DNA of 63,218 bases, taken from positions 1-63,218 of the forward strand of contig SICV01000001.1 in NCBI GenBank assembly GCA_009694725.1, in the 5' to 3' direction. A model generated the notes under the pieces. The model searched no databases, was not told the DNA's origin, and saw only the letters and a list, made by a program, of their open reading frames with translations. This document shows positions 1-7,354 of the stretch, in pieces (position 1 is the stretch's first letter; each line of letters begins with the position of its first letter). This DNA comes from Candidatus Pacearchaeota archaeon. Lineage in GTDB: Archaea; Nanobdellota; Nanobdellia; Pacearchaeales; GW2011-AR1. The translations under genes and the position numbers were made by a program.

Positions 1-228
1 AATATCTTCTTTGTCCGCTTTATCAAAATCAATTTTTAACATCCTGTTAAACTTAACAACGTCTTGTAAATACCTGTTAGTTTTTGGCATTCCTATGCCT
101 TCAAGGTTCAATTGAGAAATAAATTTATGAATTAATTTTCTATTATTTTCTGAAATCTCAGGTAATGTATTTATTCGCTGTATTGTTTTTTGCAACATTC
201 CCTCGTAGTTGTGAATATTATTTTTCAT
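1..228 (-). CDS. Probable tyrosine integrase, N-terminal part (runs off left edge; absent from ORF track)
   Basis: Manual translation from ATG at 228 gives MKNNIHNYEGMLQKTIQRINTLPEISENNRKLIHKFISQLNLEGIGMPKTNRYLQDVVKFNRMLKIDFDKADKEDI, open to the window edge. It resembles the N-terminal domain of archaeal tRNA-adjacent integrases and starts ~60 bp downstream of the tRNA-Ser 3' end. Catalytic residues lie outside the window. Confidence 0.7.
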   Translation of the reverse strand, partial: MKNNIHNYEGMLQKTIQRINTLPEISENNRKLIHKFISQLNLEGIGMPKTNRYLQDVVKFNRMLKIDFDKADKEDI

Positions 229-239
229 AGCTTCTCGTG

Positions 240-263
240 TCGTGGTCAGCTTATATACCACGA
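240..263. promoter_or_regulatory. Inverted repeat TCGTGGT-N10-ACCACGA over the TATA-like box of the putative integrase
   Basis: Perfect 7-bp arms at 240-246 and 257-263 flank TTATAT, 12 bp upstream of ATG 228. Confidence 0.5.
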
Positions 264-289
264 TTACAGAGCTCTAAACAAATTGGGGA

Positions 290-374
290 CGCCCGGACCA
301 GGATTTGAACCTGGGAATCGCTTGCGCGAAACGGAGTTAGCAACCCCGCGCCGTAACCGCTGGGCCATCCGGGC
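290..374 (-). tRNA. tRNA-Ser(GCT)
   Basis: Reverse complement GCCCGGATGG...CGGGG-TTGCTAA-CTCCG...long variable arm...GGTTCAAATCC TGGTCCGGGCG; no encoded CCA. Confidence 0.95.
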
Positions 375-522
375 ATTACCTGAAAGATAAAAGGAGTGTT
401 ATAAAGGTTGTTGTGTGTTGTGAGCATGGAGTAGAGTAATGGAATACTCCTAGCACCTGAAGTGCTACTTCTTTACATATTCAAGTGATTAACTTTATAT
501 ATCTTCTTTCTTTGAAGAAACT

Positions 523-942
523 ATGAATTGGGGCGGGCTTTTTGGTATTGTTGTTTTGGTGAGTGTACTCGTGTATGGATGGATTGCGCTCTACCCTTCT
601 CCTGTTGAAGTTGCTCAAGTGATTGCTGGAACTTCTTCCACCCCTTCCTTTATTGCAACGTCTCTCCCTGCTGACTCTCGCTCTTCTTTAGTCATTGTTT
701 CTGTTGAAGCATCTCAATTTACCTATACGCCCAAGGTAGTGCGGGTGAAGTCGGGACAGAATGTCACGATTCAGATTACGAACGTGGATACCGTGCACGG
801 GCTTCGTATTCCTGCCCTTGCTATTTCAGGTACAAAATCCGTGAATTTCATTGCTCCCGCTCCCGGAACGTATGAGTTCTCTTGTCCGACTATGTGTGGC
901 TCGGGCCATCGTGAAATGCAAGGCACACTTGTTGTCGAGTAA
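523..942 (+). CDS. Membrane-anchored cupredoxin with CuA-type site (COX2 C-terminal-like)
   Basis: N-terminal TM; DTVHG and CPTMCGSGHREM (C-x3-C-x3-H-x2-M). Confidence 0.8.
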   Translation: MNWGGLFGIVVLVSVLVYGWIALYPSPVEVAQVIAGTSSTPSFIATSLPADSRSSLVIVSVEASQFTYTPKVVRVKSGQNVTIQITNVDTVHGLRIPALAISGTKSVNFIAPAPGTYEFSCPTMCGSGHREMQGTLVVE

Positions 943-973
943 GTTTTAAATAGCCCCTCACACTTCTGAAGCT

Positions 974-1321
974 ATGAAACAAGTATATGCCTTGCTTATT
1001 GTTGGTTTGTTAGTACTTTCGGTACTTCCACTTGCATTAGCTGCTGAAAATGAATCTGAGAAATCTCCTCGTGCTGCGAAAACTGAAGCTAAAAAAGCAA
1101 AGGCGCTGTGTATGAAGGAAAGCACCCAAGCACAGAATGCATGTTATGTTGTTGCAAAAGATGCGGTAAAAGTATGTAAGGCTGCTGCGAAAGTAGTTGC
1201 TTCTACTAACAAAACGCTTGGGCGACAGGATACTCAGGTTTGTGCAGTGACGTATAAAACAAGTATCAAGAGTTGTAAAACTTCATTTAAAGAAAGTAAG
1301 CTTGTGTGCAAGCAACGCTAA
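974..1321 (+). CDS. Secreted Lys/Ala-rich protein with periodic Cys
   Basis: Signal peptide; Cys repeatedly ~11 aa apart; TATA-like TTTTAAATA upstream. Confidence 0.7.
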   Translation: MKQVYALLIVGLLVLSVLPLALAAENESEKSPRAAKTEAKKAKALCMKESTQAQNACYVVAKDAVKVCKAAAKVVASTNKTLGRQDTQVCAVTYKTSIKSCKTSFKESKLVCKQR

Positions 1322-1753
1322 ATGCGATTCTTGCGAGCAGTAGCAATTAGTATTCTCGGTTATTATGTGCTTGCCCTTGCACATATCCTGATTGCAACGG
1401 CTTTGCAGTTAGATATTCTTGCTCCTTCGTTGCCCGTTATCTTCTGGGTAGCTGCTACGTTAGTTACTGTTGCCCTCACCTTTGGGTTGATGCATTGGTA
1501 TTTCCGTACACATGAGAAGTATGGGTGGAAGCAAGGGTTGTTGTTTGGGCTCTTTTTTGTTGCAGTGAGTGTTGTATTAGATATAGCCTATGTGTTTGTT
1601 CCAGGAGACTCTGATATCCTCTTCTCTTTATTTGCATCCTATGCTCAGAGTCCCGGCTTTCTCATTCAATGCCTTGCAGTCATTGCTACGGCGGTCTTTG
1701 TCGGGCATGCCCATCAGACACATCGTGGGAAAAAGAAGAGAAAATATGGTTGA
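1322..1753 (+). CDS. Hypothetical 4-TM membrane protein
   Basis: Four hydrophobic segments; abuts the upstream stop codon. Confidence 0.7.
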   Translation: MRFLRAVAISILGYYVLALAHILIATALQLDILAPSLPVIFWVAATLVTVALTFGLMHWYFRTHEKYGWKQGLLFGLFFVAVSVVLDIAYVFVPGDSDILFSLFASYAQSPGFLIQCLAVIATAVFVGHAHQTHRGKKKRKYG

Positions 1754-2119
1754 TGCAATCACTTAAGCGTTACTGAGGAGAATAGCGGACAGCATACGTA
1801 TTTTGAATGGGAATAGGGGAATCCCTATGAAGTCTGTACTCACGGAATTAAGTGCTATAAAGGGTGAGATTTTTCAATTAAAGAGTCAAAAGAAGTAACC
1901 CTGTGCCTTGTTTCAGCTGTCTATCTCTATGATGTGAAGATTGACTTCAAGGAATGTGAGAAGGAGTATGTGAATCCTCAAGAAGTGCACAAATCCCGCC
2001 AAGGGCTGAGCGTTGATTATAACGCGTGATTACGCCTTCTCGGTCAGGCGTTTTATACGAAATACTTTTCGGGCAAGGCCGTTGATTGTGTTCTTTTGAA
2101 AGTGGTGCTACAAGTATAA
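1746..2119 (+). pseudogene. Possible decayed ORF
   Basis: Protein-like + strand frames broken by several stops (e.g. EVTLCLVSAVYLYDVKIDFKECEKEYVNPQ...*LRLLGQAFYTKY...); no family recognised. Confidence 0.2.
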
Positions 2120-2140
2120 ATACTCTGCCTACTCTGTGTA

Positions 2141-2350
2141 CATGTAAGTGTTTGATTTTAACACTTCATATAACCCGTTACGCGGATTAGGGATACAAGT
2201 ATGTGTATCATATGAAGATTACCGATGCCGTTGAGGTGTCAGGTAACATAACGGAAGAGTACGCGATGCCGCAGGGCGGATACGAGGCCTTGTGCCGAAC
2301 CCGAAAGGGTGACGTCTGCTCAAACTACGGCATCGTCGCGTACTTTTATT
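2141..2350 (+). ncRNA. Candidate structured non-coding RNA (unknown class)
   Basis: TATA (TATAAATA 2115-2122) upstream and U-tract downstream; several helices with G-U pairs favouring the + strand; GAAA tetraloop hairpin ACCC-GAAA-GGGT (2299-2310). Confidence 0.55.
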
Positions 2351-2420
2351 TTTTCTTATTATTTGTTTATTTATGAATTGGGTAAGTAAAGTATATAACG
2401 AGTGTTGTCCTTCTTCGAAA

Positions 2421-2930
2421 ATGACTACTGAAACAGCCACCTTTGCAATGGGGTGCTTTTGGGGACCGGATGCGTTATTTGGAAAGGTACCTGGAGTCAT
2501 AAGCACGCGCGTGGGCTATACTGGTGGAAAGACGGCCGATCCTTCGTATGATGATGTCTGTACTGATACAACCGGGCATGCGGAAGCAATTGAGATTGTG
2601 TTTGATCCTCTCGTGGTGAGTTATGCGCAATTACTTGATCTCTTTTGGCATAATCATAATCCTACAACCCCTGATCAACAAGGGCCCGATTATGGAAATC
2701 AGTATCGCTCAGCTATTTTCTACCACTCGCCTGCCCAGCAGAAACGTGCTGAACAGACGAAACAGGATATTCAAAAACTTCTCAAGCAACCAATTGTGAC
2801 TGAAATTGTACCTGCACCTCGATTTTGGTCAGCGGAGGAGTATCATCAGCAGTATTTTGCAAAGAAAGGCATTACCCGGAGTTGTCATATTTCTTGGAAG
2901 ACACCGGATGAATTGCGCTTGCGCGAATAA
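2421..2930 (+). CDS. msrA: Peptide methionine sulfoxide reductase A
   Basis: GCFWG, TGHAE, QGPDYGNQYRS, AEEYHQQY motifs; start moved to ATG 2421 (TATA at ~2391). Confidence 0.95.
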   Translation: MTTETATFAMGCFWGPDALFGKVPGVISTRVGYTGGKTADPSYDDVCTDTTGHAEAIEIVFDPLVVSYAQLLDLFWHNHNPTTPDQQGPDYGNQYRSAIFYHSPAQQKRAEQTKQDIQKLLKQPIVTEIVPAPRFWSAEEYHQQYFAKKGITRSCHISWKTPDELRLRE

Positions 2931-3480
2931 TTCTCCGTTGTTGGAGCGATTGTTTATAGGGGGAGAATGAGTTTTCTGCGCAGGAGGTGAGCGTATAGTT
3001 TGCTAGGAGTTGTTTGATGCGTTCTTGGGAAATAAAATCGCGGCGCAAAGTGTGTGTGGTTTGTTCTCTATGATCCCCAGTCGTATAATCTTCAAGGAGT
3101 AACGTTCCTTCGGGATTGAGAAGAGAATGAAGAGATGCAATAAGAGACGTTTGCTCTGCAGGAGTGAGATTATTGAGGAGATAATAACAGACAATTACAT
3201 CAAACGTGCCGAGATCTCCAGGGAGTGCGAGTACATTCGTATGGAGAAAAGTGACTCGGAGATCTTGGATCATTTCTTTCGCTCGCTTAAGTGCCTCTCC
3301 TGAGAAATCAATTGCAAGGACTGCTTGAGGATCTTGAGATAAAATTGCTTTGAGTGTTTTTCCATTTCCGCACCCTAATTCGAGGATGCGTTTGTTCGCG
3401 CAGATTTGTGGAAGGTCGAGCGTTTCTTTTTGCCAGGCTTGTATTGTGTAAAATGTATCCCAGAGTGATTGTTGATTCAC
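2872..3480 (-). CDS. Class I SAM-dependent methyltransferase
   Basis: ILELGCGNG motif I; IDFS; FDVIV. Confidence 0.85.
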   Translation of the reverse strand: MNQQSLWDTFYTIQAWQKETLDLPQICANKRILELGCGNGKTLKAILSQDPQAVLAIDFSGEALKRAKEMIQDLRVTFLHTNVLALPGDLGTFDVIVCYYLLNNLTPAEQTSLIASLHSLLNPEGTLLLEDYTTGDHREQTTHTLRRDFISQERIKQLLANYTLTSCAENSFSPYKQSLQQRRIIRASAIHPVSSKKYDNSG

Positions 3481-3509
3481 TAGATGGAGAAGAGTTGAAG
3501 CTTAAAGAG

Positions 3510-4856
3510 TTACCGTAATGCTGCGACGATTGCATCTAAGCTGTTAGGAACTTTGACCGGTTGATTAGAAAATTGATACTTTCGTTCACCTGCATGATAT
3601 TCAATAAGCGCTTCTGCATCATTTAACAAATGGCCTGTAAAGATACCAACTACTTTATCTGAAGGTCTAATGATTCCTTCTGCGCGTAATTTCTTCATAC
3701 CTACCAGGGTTGCTGCTGAAGCTGGTTCACAGCCATAGCCATTTCGATTCACAACAGCTTGGGCTTCAAGCATTTCATCATCTGTTGCTTCGCTTACCAC
3801 CCCATTTGTCCATTCGAGCATTCGAAGTGCCTTGTAGAAATTAACTGGTTTATTAATTTCAATTGCAGATGCACGCGTATGTGCCTTTGGAGCATTGGCA
3901 AATGCACGATTATAGTCCTCTCGGTTAACCTTCCCCCCATTCCATACGGCCCCTTGTTGAACCAGTTGATAAAACATATTTGCTCCTTGTGCATTGATAA
4001 CCGCGATACGGGGCATCTTAGTCGTGAGGCCAAGTTCATAGAGTTCATGCCAGGCCTTGCCAAATGCAGAACAATTCCCTAAATTGCCCCCTGGAACAAC
4101 TACCCAGTCTGGAACTTCCCAGTCAAGTCCCTCCCAGACTCGGTGCATAATTGTTTTTTGTCCTTCCAGACGAAAAGGATTTACTGAATTCGTGAGATAA
4201 ATGCCTTCCGATTTTGCTACTTCCTGGACTCGAGACATGGCATCGTCGAAATCACCTGCAATTTGGAGCACTTTGGGATTATAGGCGAGCGTTTTTGCAA
4301 GTTTCCCTCGAGCAATTTTACCGTCCCCGATAAATACGGCTGCCCGCATCTGACTCAGTTCATTTGCTGCAAAGGCAGCCACTGATGCAGATGTGTTTCC
4401 GGTTGAAGCACACGCAACATATGTTCTTCCGAGCATTTTTGCGTGTGTAAAGGCGGCTGCCATCCCATTATCTTTGAATGATCCAGTAGGATTATTTCCT
4501 TCAAATTGAAACCAAACGTTCTCAGAAGGGAGGTGAGCATATTCTGCTGCATGTGTTAGATGAATTGGCCAGGTGTTCCCCTCCATGCCATCAAGCGTTA
4601 CAAGATTGTCATCTTTTTTTGCATGTTCAAGATAAAATGGAAGTAAGTGACGAAATCGCCAGACCCCACTTCGATCGTGTACTTTAGTATTATTCATTCT
4701 TCGCAATTGTGCAAGCTCTTTAACCGAAGAGGCATCAATCCCTGTATATTTCACATCAAGTAAACCTGCGCATTCTGTGCATGCGTTTGCATCTGAGTTA
4801 ACACTGTATCGGGAGTCACACTGAGGAAAAATACAATGGAGTTGTGCGTGTACCAT
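3510..4856 (-). CDS. thrC: Threonine synthase
   Basis: NPTGSFKD (PLP Lys), CASTGNTS, NSVNPFRLEGQKT, PGGNLGN, CEPASA; N-terminal Cys pairs. Confidence 0.92.
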   Translation of the reverse strand: MVHAQLHCIFPQCDSRYSVNSDANACTECAGLLDVKYTGIDASSVKELAQLRRMNNTKVHDRSGVWRFRHLLPFYLEHAKKDDNLVTLDGMEGNTWPIHLTHAAEYAHLPSENVWFQFEGNNPTGSFKDNGMAAAFTHAKMLGRTYVACASTGNTSASVAAFAANELSQMRAAVFIGDGKIARGKLAKTLAYNPKVLQIAGDFDDAMSRVQEVAKSEGIYLTNSVNPFRLEGQKTIMHRVWEGLDWEVPDWVVVPGGNLGNCSAFGKAWHELYELGLTTKMPRIAVINAQGANMFYQLVQQGAVWNGGKVNREDYNRAFANAPKAHTRASAIEINKPVNFYKALRMLEWTNGVVSEATDDEMLEAQAVVNRNGYGCEPASAATLVGMKKLRAEGIIRPSDKVVGIFTGHLLNDAEALIEYHAGERKYQFSNQPVKVPNSLDAIVAALR

Positions 4857-4895
4857 AGACCGCTGGTCAAAAGAGGCTATAAAAAGCTATGGGTC

Positions 4896-5096
4896 TTATT
4901 TTTTGAGTTTATCGTCGAGTTTTTCTGCTGAAGAGGGTGTGAGTTTGACGCCTAATTTGTATAATTCCTGTGCATGAGCTTGAATCAGAGAGTCTACGAT
5001 ATCGACCATCTTAGCGAGCTCAGTGCGCTCTGCAAGCAAGGTATTGAGTGAGCCTTTATGGAAACCAATTTGTTCGTCTTTTGATATGTCTGCCAT
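4896..5096 (-). CDS. Small conserved hypothetical protein
   Basis: 66 aa helical ORF (EQIGFHKGSL); TATA upstream. Confidence 0.7.
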   Translation of the reverse strand: MADISKDEQIGFHKGSLNTLLAERTELAKMVDIVDSLIQAHAQELYKLGVKLTPSSAEKLDDKLKK

Positions 5097-5146
5097 GCGA
5101 ATAATTATTTCCTAAGCTATATAAGGGTGTTTCCAGTGTAGTTTGT

Positions 5147-5419
5147 ATGAAGAAGAATACTGATTCTATTTTGTTATACAGTAAGCGTGGGTGTCCGTTT
5201 TGTAACAAATTGAAAGACTTATTGAAAGAGGAGAAGATCACGTATATTGAAATTGATGTGATTGCCGATCCTGCAGGGGCATTGGGGGCAGTTCATCGTG
5301 AAGGGAGAATTCCTGTTCCACAAGTAGAATACAATGGGACGATTATCTTTGAGTATACGACTGAAGAAGCGTTGGTTGAAACGACGAAGCAGTTATTGAA
5401 AAAGAGTCGATTAGACTAA
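5147..5419 (+). CDS. Glutaredoxin-like protein
   Basis: CPFC active site; VPQ cis-Pro motif. Confidence 0.9.
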   Translation: MKKNTDSILLYSKRGCPFCNKLKDLLKEEKITYIEIDVIADPAGALGAVHREGRIPVPQVEYNGTIIFEYTTEEALVETTKQLLKKSRLD

Positions 5420-6159
5420 TGACCTACCCGAATCTTGAACATAAACATAGTGAAGAAGCTTTGTTTCATCCTGAAGATTTTTTGAAACATGCTGAAATAC
5501 GAGGGAAATTTCCTTCCAACTATATTATTACCTATCAACGTAAGACATTAGCTTATTTTATTCGAACATACAAGCCTCGAAAACTTAAACTCAATTCTCA
5601 AATTACTTTGTATATACATAAGGGAATAGGATTCATCAAGATGACTGGGATTGGTTCTCCTCATGCAGTCACTGTTATGGAAGAGCTTATTGCTCTCGGC
5701 GGGAAGCACTTTATCAATATTGGAACGTGTGGAGGATTACAAACCTTGGGGACTTATCTCTGTACTGAAGCGATTCGAGATGAAGGGACAAGCTATCATT
5801 ATCTCCCTCATGGGCAACGTGTCTATCCTGATCCCAGTCTTACTCAGCGATTACGTGCTTCTTTAGAAAAAGAAAGCATTTCTTTCAAAGAGGGAGCGAC
5901 GTGGACGATAGACGCCCCGTATCGAGAAACTAAGAAAGAAGTTGCTCATTATCGCTCTCAAGGTGTGGTGAGTGTTGAAATGGAAGCCTCTGCCTTGTTT
6001 GCTCTTGCCCATTATCGCAAAGTCTCGATTGCAGCAGCATTTGTGGTAAGTGATGTACTTGGTGAAACATGGCAACCTCACTTTAAAGCATTTAATATCG
6101 TCAAGGCGCAAAAGCAGCTGGTTGATGCTGCGGTACGTTGCTTGTTAGGTAAGAAGTAA
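5419..6159 (+). CDS. Nucleoside phosphorylase (PNP/UDP family 1)
   Basis: GIGSP, IGTCGG, AIRDEGTS, WTIDAPYRET, VEMEASA, VVSD. Confidence 0.9.
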   Translation: MTYPNLEHKHSEEALFHPEDFLKHAEIRGKFPSNYIITYQRKTLAYFIRTYKPRKLKLNSQITLYIHKGIGFIKMTGIGSPHAVTVMEELIALGGKHFINIGTCGGLQTLGTYLCTEAIRDEGTSYHYLPHGQRVYPDPSLTQRLRASLEKESISFKEGATWTIDAPYRETKKEVAHYRSQGVVSVEMEASALFALAHYRKVSIAAAFVVSDVLGETWQPHFKAFNIVKAQKQLVDAAVRCLLGKK

Positions 6160-6164
6160 TTCCT

Positions 6165-6202
6165 TTCTTTTTTTATTTATTTATTTATTTATTTATTTAT
6201 TT
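6165..6202. repeat. (TTTA)n simple repeat/T-tract between convergent genes; probable terminator region
   Basis: Direct reading: tttttttatttatttattttatttatttatttattt. Confidence 0.8.
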
Positions 6203-6753
6203 CAATGCGGACATTTCAGGTTCTGTATTTTCTTGAGAATGAACTGTGTGCGTTGTGGGACTGTGCCAAAAGGGACGCGCATTAGTTTATAGCCATATTT
6301 ACGATACATTGCGGCGATGAGGGCGTGGATTTTGTTTGCTTCAGTATAGGATTCTTTACGTTTGGGGTCATTGACATAATACTTCTGCGGGAGGGGATCC
6401 ATAATGAATACGGCATCATAGAGAATGTGTTTTCCTTGGATGGCACGGTCATGGAGACCATTGAGATGCCCGAGTTGGGCATAGGCAAATCCATCAAAGA
6501 ATCCGCGGTCGAAGAATACCACTTTTTCTTTTCGAACCAAGCTTTGGGCAAAGTGCTTGACTTCTAAATCCCAGATCGCTTCTTGAAAGACGTTCCCTCC
6601 TGCTTGCTTTGCATCTTTTCCTTTGAACAGTGTATTACGCGCTAAGACAAGACGCGCGGATTCTTTCATCACGGGAAACTTTTTCTTCAGAAGCTTCAGG
6701 ACAGACGTCTTACCCGTTCCGGGACCACCTGTAATCACCACTTGCAACGGCAT
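6202..6753 (-). CDS. NadR/AAA_28-type P-loop ATPase/kinase
   Basis: VITGGPGTGKTS; FFDRG; YVNDPKRKES. Confidence 0.85.
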   Translation of the reverse strand: MPLQVVITGGPGTGKTSVLKLLKKKFPVMKESARLVLARNTLFKGKDAKQAGGNVFQEAIWDLEVKHFAQSLVRKEKVVFFDRGFFDGFAYAQLGHLNGLHDRAIQGKHILYDAVFIMDPLPQKYYVNDPKRKESYTEANKIHALIAAMYRKYGYKLMRVPFGTVPQRTQFILKKIQNLKCPH

Positions 6754-6800
6754 AGGTCTTTGATAATGATGAGTTATTTAAAGGTGCGTTTCCTGTAGGT

Positions 6801-7079
6801 ATGATGGTCGCCTTATCACTCCAGAAAATCCAACAACGAATGCAGGACGTAAAAGGATGGGGATTGGAAGGTGGGGGGTTGGAAAAAGAGTGGATGTTTG
6901 AGGATTTTACTGCTGCGAGAGCATTTGTGAATAAAGTTGCCGACTTAGCCACACAACTGAATCATCATCCCACAATTTTTTGGGAATATAATAAAGTGCG
7001 TTTGATTTTGACTACGCATGATGAACGGGGGATTACCGAAAAAGATTTTGTACTTGCTGAGGGGATCGATACACCATGA
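6801..7079 (+). CDS. Pterin-4-alpha-carbinolamine dehydratase
   Basis: NHHP...YNKV...LTTHD..GITEKDF motif. Confidence 0.9.
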   Translation: MMVALSLQKIQQRMQDVKGWGLEGGGLEKEWMFEDFTAARAFVNKVADLATQLNHHPTIFWEYNKVRLILTTHDERGITEKDFVLAEGIDTP

Positions 7080-7330
7080 TACTCGATTTTGTAGTTGTGC
7101 TTATAGCGATTCCGGTGGGATATCTTCTTGCCTGGTTAGCTCGGGAAGAGTTGGTGCCCGGACGCGTGTGGTTCCAGCGGCTTGCGGTAATTTCGCTTGT
7201 ACTGGGCATGGGGCTCTGGGCGTATGGGATGCCTACCGGATTGATTCTAGGCCTGTTCCTAGCCATTCTGGCGTTTATCGCCTATTGTCAGAGCTTTAAC
7301 AGACGATTGACCACCAAACAGAAGATATAA
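7076..7330 (+). CDS. Small 3-TM membrane protein
   Basis: Hydrophobic; ATGA overlap with the upstream gene. Confidence 0.7.
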   Translation: MILDFVVVLIAIPVGYLLAWLAREELVPGRVWFQRLAVISLVLGMGLWAYGMPTGLILGLFLAILAFIAYCQSFNRRLTTKQKI

Positions 7331-7354
7331 AAGAGATTGTGTGGAAGAGAAGGA

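Noticed and set aside
190..390. ORF 190..390 (also 38871..39071 and 39011..39238)
   Set aside because: Shadow ORFs over tRNA genes.
2164..2217. Purine riboswitch (CTTCATATAA...TATGAAG resembles an adenine-riboswitch P1)
   Set aside because: It lacks the conserved J2/3 (TTTCTAC) and the L2/L3 kissing-loop sequences, and is too short.
2258..2344. 5S rRNA, hammerhead ribozyme or SRP RNA
   Set aside because: CCGAAC is present but the 3' half of 5S is missing and the true 5S is at 38324; there is no CTGANGA core and no canonical SRP helix-8 CAGG...AGCA internal loop.
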